Assembly: GCA_021824345.1 (NCBI GenBank) | Contig: JAKAKW010000012.1 | Location: forward strand, 1,491-65,490 | From: a bacterium | GTDB lineage: Bacteria > Patescibacteriota > Minisyncoccia > Phycocordibacterales > UBA9973 | DNA length: 64,000 bases | Direction of reading: 5' to 3' | In this document: in pieces, positions 37,052 through 46,357 of the stretch | How the letters are laid out: each line of letters starts with the position of its first letter | Numbering within the stretch: position 1 is the first letter of the stretch | The notes under the pieces: model-generated | What the model was told of the DNA's origin: nothing | What the model saw: only the letters and a program-made list of their open reading frames with translations | The model's database searches: none | Made by a program: the position numbers and the translations under genes

Positions 37052-38860
37052 TCACCCCAAATATCCTCCCGCGTCTTGAAAGCCGCCGGCCTGAATGTTC
37101 CAGAGTTTTTTGTACAGGCCTCCTTCCTTCAGAAGTTCCGCGTGCGTTCCTTGGGCCACCACTTTTCCTCCTTCTATTACCACGATTCGGTCCATTTTCA
37201 TGATAGTGGAAAGCCGATGGGCGATAACAATGACAGTTTTCCCTTGCATAAGTATTTGCAAAGCTTCCTGAATGAGCGCTTCCGATTCGGAGTCCAAACT
37301 GGAAGTGGCTTCATCCAGCACAAGAATGGGCGCATTCTTCAGAATCGCCCGAGCGATGGCCACCCGCTGGCGCTCTCCGCCGGAAAGTTTTACCCCGCGC
37401 TCGCCAACGAAAGTTTCATATTTTTCCGGCAGCAGGGAAATAAACTCATGGCAATGAGCTTTCTTTGCCGCCTCTATCACTTCCGCATCTGTCGCGTCCC
37501 GCCGGCCATATCGGATATTTTCCATTAGAGTGCGATGGAACAAAATCGGCTCTTGGGGAACAAAGGCGATGGCGTCGCGCAGGGAATCCTGGGTTACTTC
37601 CGCGATATTCTGCCCGTCGATTTCAATACTTCCGCCGGTGATGTCGTACAAGCGCAGAAGCAGTTTTGTCACCGTCGTCTTGCCGGCGCCGGACGGGCCG
37701 ACCAAGGCCAGCTTTTCTCCGGCGCTTACTTTTAGATTGAAATTATCCAAGATCTGCTTATTTTCATGAAATTTGAAATCCACATTTTTAAATTCAATTT
37801 CGCAATTTTTCGCTTGCAAAGAAACGGCTCCGGGCATGTCCCGAACTTCATGCGGAGTTTCCAATATTGTTGCCATTTCCACCGCATCCGCGTATGCGTC
37901 ATAAAAGCGCCGCAGCTGCCGGTTTATGCCCATAAGCTGGGTGAAGAGGCCCAAAAGATAGCTTTGAATCAGTACGAAATCCCCCACGCTGATCAGGCCT
38001 TTTTGCCAATATATCACCGCTCCATACAGCAAGCCGATATTGATGGCAACCATCAGTATGCCCTGTATGGACCAAATGTATTCGTCCGCGTTCCATGAGC
38101 GCAGAGTTGCCTTGCGCCATAATTCCACTACGCCGGTAAAAAGCCCCTGCTCATAATTATTGCCGGAGAAAAGGGAGATAGTATTTTGGTTGGTAATAGC
38201 GTCAGCCAAAACGCCGGTGAGCTTGCTGTCCGCCTTGCTTCTCGCCACCCGAATAGGCTGGCGGAGTTTGGCAACATACATTTGGAAAACTATGAAACAG
38301 ATGACCCAAACCCCCAGGGCGATGCCGAGAACATGATTGCGAATAAACAGGATCGCCACCGCGCCGACCACGAATAATGCTGTTGGAAAAAAATTCAACA
38401 GCATTGCGTCCACTATCACCTCTAAAGAAGCGGAAAATTTGCTTACGCGCCTTGTCAGTGTTCCGCTGAACTGTGAAATGAAGAAATGGTAGGAGTGCCG
38501 GATGAGGTAATAGAATGAAGAGGCGTAAAGGTCGGCCATGGAGCGGGATTCAAGATACATGATGCTGTAAACTTGAACTCGGAAAGCCATCCATCCGATT
38601 GCCGATATGCCGGCGATAATCCAGACCAAGGTAAAGAGCTGGTGCATAAGATCCGGCGTCGGATTTCCGGCGGCAATCAGATTAAAAAGCTGTTTTAAAT
38701 AAACAGGGGAGGCAAGTCCCGCCCCTTGTACGAGAACCGCGCCGGCAATTACAAGCCCAAAAAGCCCCGGGTGTTTCCGGATTTCTTTGGCGTAAGCGCG
38801 GATGACATATCCTGTGCGGATTTTTGTTTGTTTTAATGAGTCGTCAGACATAAAAAACAC
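37052..38860 (-). CDS. ABC exporter, fused permease/ATPase (MsbA-like multidrug/lipid exporter)
   Basis: Six-TM N-terminal domain. Walker A GPSGAGKTT, signature LSGGERQRV, Walker B ILVLDEATS. Confidence 0.85.
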   Translation of the reverse strand: MFFMSDDSLKQTKIRTGYVIRAYAKEIRKHPGLFGLVIAGAVLVQGAGLASPVYLKQLFNLIAAGNPTPDLMHQLFTLVWIIAGISAIGWMAFRVQVYSIMYLESRSMADLYASSFYYLIRHSYHFFISQFSGTLTRRVSKFSASLEVIVDAMLLNFFPTALFVVGAVAILFIRNHVLGIALGVWVICFIVFQMYVAKLRQPIRVARSKADSKLTGVLADAITNQNTISLFSGNNYEQGLFTGVVELWRKATLRSWNADEYIWSIQGILMVAINIGLLYGAVIYWQKGLISVGDFVLIQSYLLGLFTQLMGINRQLRRFYDAYADAVEMATILETPHEVRDMPGAVSLQAKNCEIEFKNVDFKFHENKQILDNFNLKVSAGEKLALVGPSGAGKTTVTKLLLRLYDITGGSIEIDGQNIAEVTQDSLRDAIAFVPQEPILFHRTLMENIRYGRRDATDAEVIEAAKKAHCHEFISLLPEKYETFVGERGVKLSGGERQRVAIARAILKNAPILVLDEATSSLDSESEALIQEALQILMQGKTVIVIAHRLSTIMKMDRIVVIEGGKVVAQGTHAELLKEGGLYKKLWNIQAGGFQDAGGYLG

Positions 38861-38927
38861 AGGCCAAACCGCCAGGCTTAGCCGTATTCAATATACTATT
38901 GAGACGTTTCAAAGTCTATTTTCTTTC

Positions 38928-39590
38928 TTATTTTACCCACTTTGCCACCTCTTCCATGGGCCGGCGGATTTTTTCCGGCTGTTCATTTACCCGATATCCG
39001 AAGGCAGCCATGCAGGCAACGCCGAAATGGTCCGGATTCAAGATTTTTTCCTCTGTTAGAATGTCTTCCAATTGATCGCGGTTGAATCCCTCAATGGGAC
39101 AGGAATCTATTCCCAAAAAGGCGGCGGAAGTGAGCATATTGCCAAGCGCGATGTAGCTTTGTTTGCACGCCCAGTCAAAAACGGAACGGTCGGTGTCCAG
39201 ATTGAAATCATTCTTTTGCCACTCGTCCAGACGCGCCATCCTTTTCCCGATCTTTTCGGAATCGTTATGCTGCACCTCGGCCATGAAGTTTCTAAGATAT
39301 TCAGAATTAGGCCGCAAGTCTTTTGCCTTTCGGGCGAGAATTACAACAAAATGGCTGGCAGTGGGGAGCTGTTTCTGCGCGCCCCAGGCGACCTTGCGGA
39401 TTTTTTCCCTGATTTCAGGATTTTGCAGGACTACGAATTTCCACGGTTCAAAACCGAAAGAGCTCGGGGATAAACGTCCCGTCTCCAGAATAACCTTGAA
39501 ATCTTCTTCCGAAATCTTCTTTTCCGGGTCAAATTCCCTGCAAGCGTGCCGGAAATTAAAAGCGCCTAAAATTTGCTTCTTTGTGTCCAT
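38928..39590 (-). CDS. NAD(P)H nitroreductase family protein
   Basis: Nitroreductase fold motifs (RHACREF, PSSFGFEPWKFVV). 220 aa. Confidence 0.75.
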   Translation of the reverse strand: MDTKKQILGAFNFRHACREFDPEKKISEEDFKVILETGRLSPSSFGFEPWKFVVLQNPEIREKIRKVAWGAQKQLPTASHFVVILARKAKDLRPNSEYLRNFMAEVQHNDSEKIGKRMARLDEWQKNDFNLDTDRSVFDWACKQSYIALGNMLTSAAFLGIDSCPIEGFNRDQLEDILTEEKILNPDHFGVACMAAFGYRVNEQPEKIRRPMEEVAKWVK

Positions 39591-39700
39591 GCTTCTATTA
39601 TACTCTCCCTGTCAAGCGGGGGAGTAAGATTATTTGGCTATTGATGAACATATTTTCCGGTCAGATATTTTTTATGTATTTATAACCGATTTACCTAAGT

Positions 39701-40252
39701 TCATAGATTTTTTAACATGTCGTACCGACCTTTTTTCTTTCCATGTATTACTTCCTCATATTTACCTTTGTTCTCAAAGCCAAGCTTTTCATATAACTTT
39801 AGGGCGGGAATTTGTTCTGGATTATCCATAACATTCAAAGATGCTTGCTTGCCGCCACGTTCTTTTATTTTTTCTAAGATTTCTACCATAAGCTTTTCCC
39901 CCGCATGCTGGCCCCTAATTGCAGGAGAAATATAGACATGTCTAATTCTCCAAAGCCCTCTTTGTATTTCTGATTTATCAATTGCCATTGCCAGGCCTTT
40001 TGTGTCTTTATTATCTTTCAGTAAGAGAGTTATTGCATTAGGATCTTTCAAATGCGCTTTCCAGTGTTTATCTCTTCTGTATGTTTCTCTTCTGACATCT
40101 TCAGGATCTGCGTCAATGGAAAACGCTTCTGGATTTTTTTCTACCGCCTCAAGCCAGATTTCCTTATAATCCCGCCAGTCTTCCGGTCCTGCTGTTTTTA
40201 CAGTAATTACATGCTGTTCAAGATTTGGTTCTTTTAAAAATTCCTTTGGCAT
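39701..40252 (-). CDS. GNAT family N-acetyltransferase
   Basis: Acetyl-CoA binding motif (RGQHAGEKLM...LYEKLGFE). Confidence 0.7.
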   Translation of the reverse strand: MPKEFLKEPNLEQHVITVKTAGPEDWRDYKEIWLEAVEKNPEAFSIDADPEDVRRETYRRDKHWKAHLKDPNAITLLLKDNKDTKGLAMAIDKSEIQRGLWRIRHVYISPAIRGQHAGEKLMVEILEKIKERGGKQASLNVMDNPEQIPALKLYEKLGFENKGKYEEVIHGKKKGRYDMLKNL

Positions 40253-40253
40253 A

Positions 40254-40871
40254 CTATAGATTTTTTATCATCCTGATGATTTCTGGAAATCTTGAGATTA
40301 AGAAATGCCCGTTCTTGCTCTTGTAAATTACGATCTTTGCGTTTTTTAGTTTCTTGCGATATTTTTCCGCATGAGATATGGGAACCACAGGGTCATCAGC
40401 GGAAAACATGAGAATTAATTTCTTTGCATTCTTTTCTAAAAGAGAAAGATTTGGTTTTAACTTGAAACGGGCGGTAGCCAGGCTTTCCCCGGGTTCGCCG
40501 GTTACCGTGTCATCAAACGGGGGACAGACCAGAAAAACAGCTGAAATTTTTTTAGGGAATTTTTTTTCCGATAAATACTTTGCCAAAAACATCCCGCCAA
40601 GAGAACTGCCGATTAAAATTATGTTATTTCGCAAGTACGGGAAAAATCTTTCAAAATGGATTTTCCATTCCTCATATTTAGCATTGTCTGACAAGGGCAT
40701 GCGAGGGCGGATTATTTCAAATTTTCTGCCCAGTTTCTTGTCTAAATACGCATCCTGCCACCTATCTTTATGCAGAGATACTGTTCTCGTCTTCAAATAA
40801 CGGAGGTAGTCTTTATAGGTTTTAAACGTATCTCCTCCGTGCACCAGAAATATTTGTGGTTTGGATTTCAT
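40254..40871 (-). CDS. Alpha/beta hydrolase (YdeN/RBBP9-like serine hydrolase)
   Basis: Nucleophile elbow GSSLGG. 205 aa. Confidence 0.6.
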   Translation of the reverse strand: MKSKPQIFLVHGGDTFKTYKDYLRYLKTRTVSLHKDRWQDAYLDKKLGRKFEIIRPRMPLSDNAKYEEWKIHFERFFPYLRNNIILIGSSLGGMFLAKYLSEKKFPKKISAVFLVCPPFDDTVTGEPGESLATARFKLKPNLSLLEKNAKKLILMFSADDPVVPISHAEKYRKKLKNAKIVIYKSKNGHFLISRFPEIIRMIKNL

Positions 40872-40907
40872 AGCTTGTGATAATTATATATTGTAGGCCA
40901 GGAAAGT

Positions 40908-41531
40908 CTATACTTTCTTTCTTGCCCAGATTTCTATCCAGGAAATATTACGGCGCTTATGCATGTCCGGTAATATCTCGGAAGAAAAAACTTTAAATCC
41001 TTGTTTTTTAAGCATGAACTTTATCTCTTTTTGCGAAAAATATGTATAGAATCGTTCGTACTCGCCTGTAAGCTTTTCTTTTTCATACATTTCTCCTCTT
41101 CCTTTCCTTACTCCGATGTGTAATATCCCGCTAGGTTTCAGGACTTCGTAAAATTCCTTTATCGCCCTTGGGACATCTTTTCTCTTTAAATGAAGCAATA
41201 CGGCCTCTGCCCATATTCCGTCAAAAGTTTCTTTCGGGAAATTCATTTTTAGCAGATCCACGCATTTAAAGCTTGCCTTTTTTGCTTCTTTTTTTGCAAG
41301 ATTTATCAATACCGGTGATACGTCAATGCCGGTTGCTTTCAAACCATGTTGAGTAAAAAATTTTGCGTCTCTGCCTCCTCCGCATCCAACGTCCAGAATG
41401 TGATCATTGGCGGAAAATAATTTTACAAAAGGGAGCCGTTTAATCGGAATGGCTGTCTTACTTTTTTCCAGGTATTTTTTGCCCATTTTGTTGTATGTCT
41501 CTAGAGTTTTTCCGTACGCGGATTTTCTCAT
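40908..41531 (-). CDS. Class I SAM-dependent methyltransferase
   Basis: SAM motif I ILDVGCGGGRD. Confidence 0.7.
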   Translation of the reverse strand: MRKSAYGKTLETYNKMGKKYLEKSKTAIPIKRLPFVKLFSANDHILDVGCGGGRDAKFFTQHGLKATGIDVSPVLINLAKKEAKKASFKCVDLLKMNFPKETFDGIWAEAVLLHLKRKDVPRAIKEFYEVLKPSGILHIGVRKGRGEMYEKEKLTGEYERFYTYFSQKEIKFMLKKQGFKVFSSEILPDMHKRRNISWIEIWARKKV

Positions 41532-41539
41532 AATGAAAT

Positions 41540-41941
41540 TTATTTTCCCAAATATTCCAATACCCTCGGCAAAAAGATAATCAGTCCGACGGCGAATGCG
41601 GCGATGGCAGAAAGAAGCACCGCGCCGGCTGCCACGTCCTTGGTGTCTTTGGCGTAAGGATGATATTCAGGCGAAGTAAGGTCCATGTCTATTTCAATGG
41701 CGGTGTTGAATGCTTCGGCGGAAAGGACCAGTCCGAAGGTAAGCACAAGCGCGATCCACTCAAGAGGGGAGATGCCGAAGGCAAAGCCCAAAGCGATGGC
41801 ACAGGCCATGAGGAAGAAGTGTATCCAGGCGTTGTGGGTGCCTTTCAAGAAAATCCAAATCCCCCGGCCGGCATGAGTGAAGCTTTCGGCGCGCTTTACC
41901 AGGGAGAATTCCTTTTTTTCGGATAGTTTTGCTTCGGGCAT
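41540..41941 (-). CDS. dgkA: Diacylglycerol/undecaprenol kinase (DgkA family)
   Basis: 133 aa, three TM. Motifs HAGRG, NTAIE. Confidence 0.7.
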   Translation of the reverse strand: MPEAKLSEKKEFSLVKRAESFTHAGRGIWIFLKGTHNAWIHFFLMACAIALGFAFGISPLEWIALVLTFGLVLSAEAFNTAIEIDMDLTSPEYHPYAKDTKDVAAGAVLLSAIAAFAVGLIIFLPRVLEYLGK

Positions 41942-41942
41942 A

Positions 41943-42053
41943 TTGTTTAGCTGAATAGGGCTGACGCCCCGCGAGCATGACCAAAGTACAGAGTGCTTTT
42001 GTCATGCTTGCCTTCGGCTTGTTTAGCTGAATAGGGCTGACGCCCCACAAGCA
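41943..42053. repeat. Two 35-bp direct repeats (TTGTTTAGCTGAATAGGGCTGACGCCCC[G/A]C[G/A]AGCA) at 41943-41977 and 42019-42053, flanking a hairpin
   Basis: Seen directly: 33/35 identity, 76-bp period. Intervening AGCATGAC-n17-GTCATGCT inverted repeat. Confidence 0.6.
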
Positions 42054-42165
42054 CTCGTAGAGTATAGCAAGCTTAATGGAAAAATCAATATTGCGTGAAG
42101 AATAGTCTATTGATGGGTCGTCAGCTCGGAGATGGTCACGAATGAGAGTTTTTTGACGTCTTTTG

Positions 42166-42345
42166 CTATCCTTTTGCATATGTCCACACAGGAGGTTCAA
42201 AATCAAAACTTAAGCCGGAGGAACTATCATGGAGCCACATACTATTGTCGTATTTTTCTAACTCAACGAAAGCACAATCTCCAATTTCTTTAAGTTCTCC
42301 CCATTTCAATATATCCCTAAATAAAACCCTCATCGGTCCTGGCAC
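42166..42345 (-). pseudogene. Remnant of a histidine-phosphatase gene (C-terminal ~57 codons), paralogous to the intact gene at 52901-53506
   Basis: Minus-strand translation GPMRVLFRDILKWGELKEIGDCAFVELEKYDNSMW aligns with GGPMRVLFRDILKWGELVEIGDCSYVELEKKDN of the full-length protein. No N-terminal part is present. Confidence 0.5.
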
Positions 42346-42349
42346 AATT

Positions 42350-42889
42350 TTAGACAGTAATTTCTAAAGCAGCTTTTGCAAGGACCTCTTTAATAAAATC
42401 GTTCTTTCCGGCCCCGTATGCTCGCCGATCATTCGGGTATTGGCGGGCCAGCCTCTCTTTCAGTTGCGCATATTCTTGTGCAACTTTAGGATGTTTTAGA
42501 TAGTAATTCTTTATTAGGAGGTGGTTTTTCCATTCCGTACTATTTTTTTCTACAAGATGCAGGTTAACTGTTCTATTTTCTGCAGGACCTTTAGCATACA
42601 AGATTCTCTCCTGTATGCCTTCCTCTCCTCTATAATAATAATTAAAAGATGCGAGCCGATCTTTCAATCCTCGAGCAATATCAAGAGAGGGGACAACGGC
42701 AAAGATGTCGAGTATGGGTTTTGCGGGGATGTTCGGTATGGAAGTACTGCCTCCATGAGACACTTCTAAAATCTCACCCGGGAAATTATCCAACAAGAAT
42801 TTTTTCTCTTCCTCAAAGAGTTTACCCCATTTATTATTATGCGGTTTCAATATAACTTTTGTTCTGTCTAGGCCTAAATCTTGAGGCAT
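42350..42889 (-). CDS. GrpB family protein (UPF0157, nucleotidyltransferase-like)
   Basis: GrpB signature (HGGSTSIP...KPILDI; NLHL motif). 179 aa. Confidence 0.7.
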   Translation of the reverse strand: MPQDLGLDRTKVILKPHNNKWGKLFEEEKKFLLDNFPGEILEVSHGGSTSIPNIPAKPILDIFAVVPSLDIARGLKDRLASFNYYYRGEEGIQERILYAKGPAENRTVNLHLVEKNSTEWKNHLLIKNYYLKHPKVAQEYAQLKERLARQYPNDRRAYGAGKNDFIKEVLAKAALEITV

Positions 42890-42950
42890 ACTTTGATTGT
42901 ATCAAAAAAATGGGTCGCGCGAACAGCGGCCCTATCTGCCTTGTTTAATA

Positions 42951-44258
42951 TTAATCAGTGAGAACTTTTCGTTCTATTTCATCAAAACTGTAACCTGTCG
43001 TGAAATGATCTTCAAAATTCTGCATTGCCGGTTCGCCGACATATTCTTTTCGGCGGGACGCATAATGCATGGCTAATGCCATTTCTTCAGGAACGCCTAC
43101 GCAGTCAAGCGGTTTGAATCCTTCAATGCCGAGAATCCGCCGAAAAAGCGGCAAGAGTTTCGTATGGGTGTATAGATCAGCGCCGAATATATCTACCACT
43201 TCCTCTCTTGGAAGAAAGGCCGAAAAACAGGCAAAGAGGAACACGCATTTCGGGCACCGCTTGCACCAATATCCTTTCTTTAAAAGAAGTTGCGTGGGAC
43301 GCGGAAGCCAGAAATATGTATTACAGCTTGTAACATAGCGCAGATATTTTGGATACTTCACAAAACGTCGCACTATTTCCAGCTCGCTGTACTTTCGCAA
43401 GGGCGATATCGTCTTGATGTCGGGCGTTATAAAAGTTTGAATGTAATCGTTCGTCATCTGTTCTGCCTCGGATGATTTACACCACTGATGGTTCACCGGA
43501 AGTCCCAGGTAGGTAAGATTTCCGAAATCGGCGCTGCGCTCATTGGAAAATACGATTGAATCATATCCCAAGAGTTCTGCGAGCAACACCGCGATAAAAG
43601 TAAAAGTGGAGACCGATGGGTATGCGCTGGATATTCCAAAAAGAGACATGGCCATCTCAAGATACGGATCGCGGCGGCGGCTGACCCGGATATTTTTTGC
43701 TCCCACCAATTTGGCGATGCGCTTGTGGGCCGGCGTCGGAGCGAAGGCAAAGTAATCAAATGGCGTGCTTGATGCCTTTAATATTTCGGCGGACAGAATG
43801 GAATCTTTGCCTGCGCCGTTTAAAAGAAGCGATCGCGCGGGTAACTTTAATCGTGCCGGCTCGGGGATCGTAGCAGAGGCATTATACGGAAACTCAATAA
43901 GGTTATGGAAATCCATCTTCATGTCGTAGAAGAACTCTCCAAGCCCGTTCAGGTAGAGCGAATTCCAGAATTGCGCCTGTTCGCGCGAAAGGGTAAATCC
44001 TTCAATGTGAATGTTCTTAGTCGGGAAGACGCACCAATAGTTGATGCCAAGCATTAGTAGAAGCGCTTGAAGTGTTGGTTTTAGCGCTTCTTCCGGCACA
44101 TTTTTCCAGGACTCGCGCGGCACGTCTTCCAGAAATATGCGGTCGGTGAAAGTTTTAGTTATTCCAATCTTAAATTTCACGCGATAGGTAAAAGCGATGC
44201 TTGAATGAGCAGTGTCTATTTTATATGAGCCGAAAGTAAAAGATGAAACGCGCGGCAT
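42951..44258 (-). CDS. QueC-like PP-loop ATPase with ~150-aa N-terminal extension
   Basis: PP-loop-like LLLNGAGKDS. C-terminal zinc cluster TSCNTY...WCKRCPKC resembles the QueC motif T.TCYNG...GCGHCAAC. 435 aa. Confidence 0.5.
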   Translation of the reverse strand: MPRVSSFTFGSYKIDTAHSSIAFTYRVKFKIGITKTFTDRIFLEDVPRESWKNVPEEALKPTLQALLLMLGINYWCVFPTKNIHIEGFTLSREQAQFWNSLYLNGLGEFFYDMKMDFHNLIEFPYNASATIPEPARLKLPARSLLLNGAGKDSILSAEILKASSTPFDYFAFAPTPAHKRIAKLVGAKNIRVSRRRDPYLEMAMSLFGISSAYPSVSTFTFIAVLLAELLGYDSIVFSNERSADFGNLTYLGLPVNHQWCKSSEAEQMTNDYIQTFITPDIKTISPLRKYSELEIVRRFVKYPKYLRYVTSCNTYFWLPRPTQLLLKKGYWCKRCPKCVFLFACFSAFLPREEVVDIFGADLYTHTKLLPLFRRILGIEGFKPLDCVGVPEEMALAMHYASRRKEYVGEPAMQNFEDHFTTGYSFDEIERKVLTD

Positions 44259-44314
44259 TTCTATATGGTATCACAATTACGAACCTTAACGTTCTTCTGA
44301 GTGGCGTTATAAAT

Positions 44315-44902
44315 TTATTGGTTGTTAATACGGCTATGATAACCAAGTTCTAAATCTTTTAGTAGTCGAGAAAAAGATGCTTCATTATCTCCCTCCCATG
44401 CATACCAAGTTATAAAGTTACCTCCATGTGATTTACTTATTATATTTAACACTTTTTGAACAACCGAGAAAATTTTTTCTATTTCTAAAGTATATATTTT
44501 CTCTTGTTGTGGGTTTTTGGGTTCATGCGCTGTAATGTTGTGTCGAAGAGTTTTAATTCTTTTTATCTCTTCTTGGATAGTGCTCAAGTGATAATTTGCC
44601 TCTCTTATATCATTAGAAGGTAGATTTTGTATTAAGGTTTGCAATTTGAGACTATCTTTTGGTTTATCGAAGAATTTATAAAGATCAGTAATGAAAGCAT
44701 TTTCAGTTGCATATAAAACACCACTAAAAATTCCACCATACCGGTTAAGGATACTGGCACGTCTATTTACTTCCTCTTTACCAACTTCCGGTATTGAAAG
44801 TGATTTACGGATATACTTCCAGATTTGAAAGCAACCATATGCACGATTCATTCTATGTACCAGCTTCCCAAAATCAGTTGTGGTGTCTATGTTAATCTCC
44901 AT
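44315..44902 (-). CDS. Hypothetical protein with HEPN-like R-x5-H motif (possible abortive-infection/RNase)
   Basis: LRHNITAHEP. AT-rich gene. 195 aa. Confidence 0.4.
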   Translation of the reverse strand: MEINIDTTTDFGKLVHRMNRAYGCFQIWKYIRKSLSIPEVGKEEVNRRASILNRYGGIFSGVLYATENAFITDLYKFFDKPKDSLKLQTLIQNLPSNDIREANYHLSTIQEEIKRIKTLRHNITAHEPKNPQQEKIYTLEIEKIFSVVQKVLNIISKSHGGNFITWYAWEGDNEASFSRLLKDLELGYHSRINNQ

Positions 44903-44928
44903 GTTTTAATTAATGAGCCCTTGGATAC

Positions 44929-45396
44929 CTACATTTTAAGATGAGCCCATCTAATCCAGTTACCCAGGAACCTACCTGATAAGTCGACAAGAGTTAAATC
45001 TTTTCCATTTACGGGACTCTTTTGTCCATGAAAAAGATTACATCTTATTTGGTATATAAAATCAACTACCTGACTAAAATCGGAAGTATCTTTTAGTTCT
45101 TTATATTCTCCGCGGTGATTAGGGCGCATGTCCTCAATGCGCGGATACTGCATCAGTCCTTGTAAGTCTGATGTGTCGAATTCTTTATCTATAAATAATT
45201 GTTTAAGTGAATTATCTGAATTTTTCAGCCAATCAATTTTTTGAGTATCACTATCTGCTTCAGATTCTGAAACCATATACGCATCTAGGCACATGTAATA
45301 GATGAAAAATCGAACGAACGGATCCAAATTATCTTTGGAAAGTTTCTTTTCTCTTAGAATCCACCAGTCGACTATATTTTTGAGGTTTTCATTCAT
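44929..45396 (-). CDS. HEPN-domain protein (R-x4-HG motif)
   Basis: IRCNLFHGQKS near the C-terminus of a 155-aa, helix-rich protein. Confidence 0.5.
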   Translation of the reverse strand: MNENLKNIVDWWILREKKLSKDNLDPFVRFFIYYMCLDAYMVSESEADSDTQKIDWLKNSDNSLKQLFIDKEFDTSDLQGLMQYPRIEDMRPNHRGEYKELKDTSDFSQVVDFIYQIRCNLFHGQKSPVNGKDLTLVDLSGRFLGNWIRWAHLKM

Positions 45397-45410
45397 AGCT
45401 GATATTGACG

Positions 45411-45478
45411 CTCCTCGGACTCCGAAAGCGTCTCAAACTGGCTGGCATTATGGCACGAAGTTAGAACTCGGAAGCCTT
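45411..45478. repeat. ~70-nt island repeat element, full copy 1
   Basis: TTGACGCTCCTCGGACTCCGAAAGCGTCTCAAACTGGCTGGCATTATGGCACGAAGTTAGAACTCGG. About 82% identical to the copy at 50917-50983. Confidence 0.6.
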
Positions 45479-45480
45479 AA

Positions 45481-46062
45481 TTAATCAAAAGAATTAACCA
45501 CATCGGGCAGTTCAAGACAAGCATCTTCACTATCAAAAGCCCCTGAAAAATGTTTAGCATTATGTTTTATTATTAATTCCGCGCTTAACTTTTCTTTCAG
45601 TATATTCCCATGTTCTAACGGAACGTAAGGGTCGTTATCGGAATGGATTAAAACGAATTTATTTGCCTTATTTCTTATCTTTTCAAATTCAAAGTCTTTG
45701 ACAAAGAAATTTTTCAATTCATCAAAGCCTAAATTATTCACAAACCCGGCGACAAGAACGACGGTTCCCACCTTTTCATTTTCATCAAGAGACTCCAGAT
45801 ACCTAAGTATCGTCACACTGCCGGCGCTGTGTCCAATGAGGTTGATGTCCTCGTTTGGTTCGCCGACCGCTTCTTTTAAAACCGGCAACCACTTTTCTAA
45901 ATTAGGATTTTCTGTATCGGGAAAGCTAAGAACATCTACTTCATATCCCTTTTTCTCCAATTCTCTTTTCGCATAAGGGTACCAGCAATATTCCGGATAA
46001 CCTCCCCAGCAGTGAGCGATGATAGCCTTTTTCATATTTTTATTATACAAAACATGGGTCAA
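45481..46062 (-). CDS. Alpha/beta hydrolase, YdeN/RBBP9-like serine hydrolase
   Basis: Nucleophile elbow IGHSAGS. 193 aa. Confidence 0.6.
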   Translation of the reverse strand: MTHVLYNKNMKKAIIAHCWGGYPEYCWYPYAKRELEKKGYEVDVLSFPDTENPNLEKWLPVLKEAVGEPNEDINLIGHSAGSVTILRYLESLDENEKVGTVVLVAGFVNNLGFDELKNFFVKDFEFEKIRNKANKFVLIHSDNDPYVPLEHGNILKEKLSAELIIKHNAKHFSGAFDSEDACLELPDVVNSFD

Positions 46063-46083
46063 AATTACGAGATGATCTTATGG

Positions 46084-46103
46084 CGCGAAGTTGGAACTTT
46101 TTT
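46084..46103. repeat. Island repeat element, 3'-portion copy (TATGGCGCGAAGTTGGAACT)
   Basis: Matches the 3' third of the full copies. Confidence 0.45.
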
Positions 46104-46357
46104 AGCTAATAATTCTTTAAGTTTTTTTAAATCCATCTCTGTTCGGAAATGAAGAATATTCCCTGAAAATGAGATATATCAGCGATCCATCGTTACAATC
46201 ACAAGTGAATTCATTCCGTCCTCAAAATGTCCGCCCAATTTGCTCTTTTGGTGATGTAGGAATACAATTCAGTTAACAATGATCGCATGTAATGAAAGAA
46301 ACCCTGTATAAGATGGAAAATATAGTCGAGAAAGGAATGCCAACTTAGGTCGAAACT

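Noticed and set aside
41943-42053. Two direct repeats considered as a mini CRISPR array
   Set aside because: Only two imperfect repeats, a 41-nt palindromic 'spacer', and no cas genes anywhere in the window.
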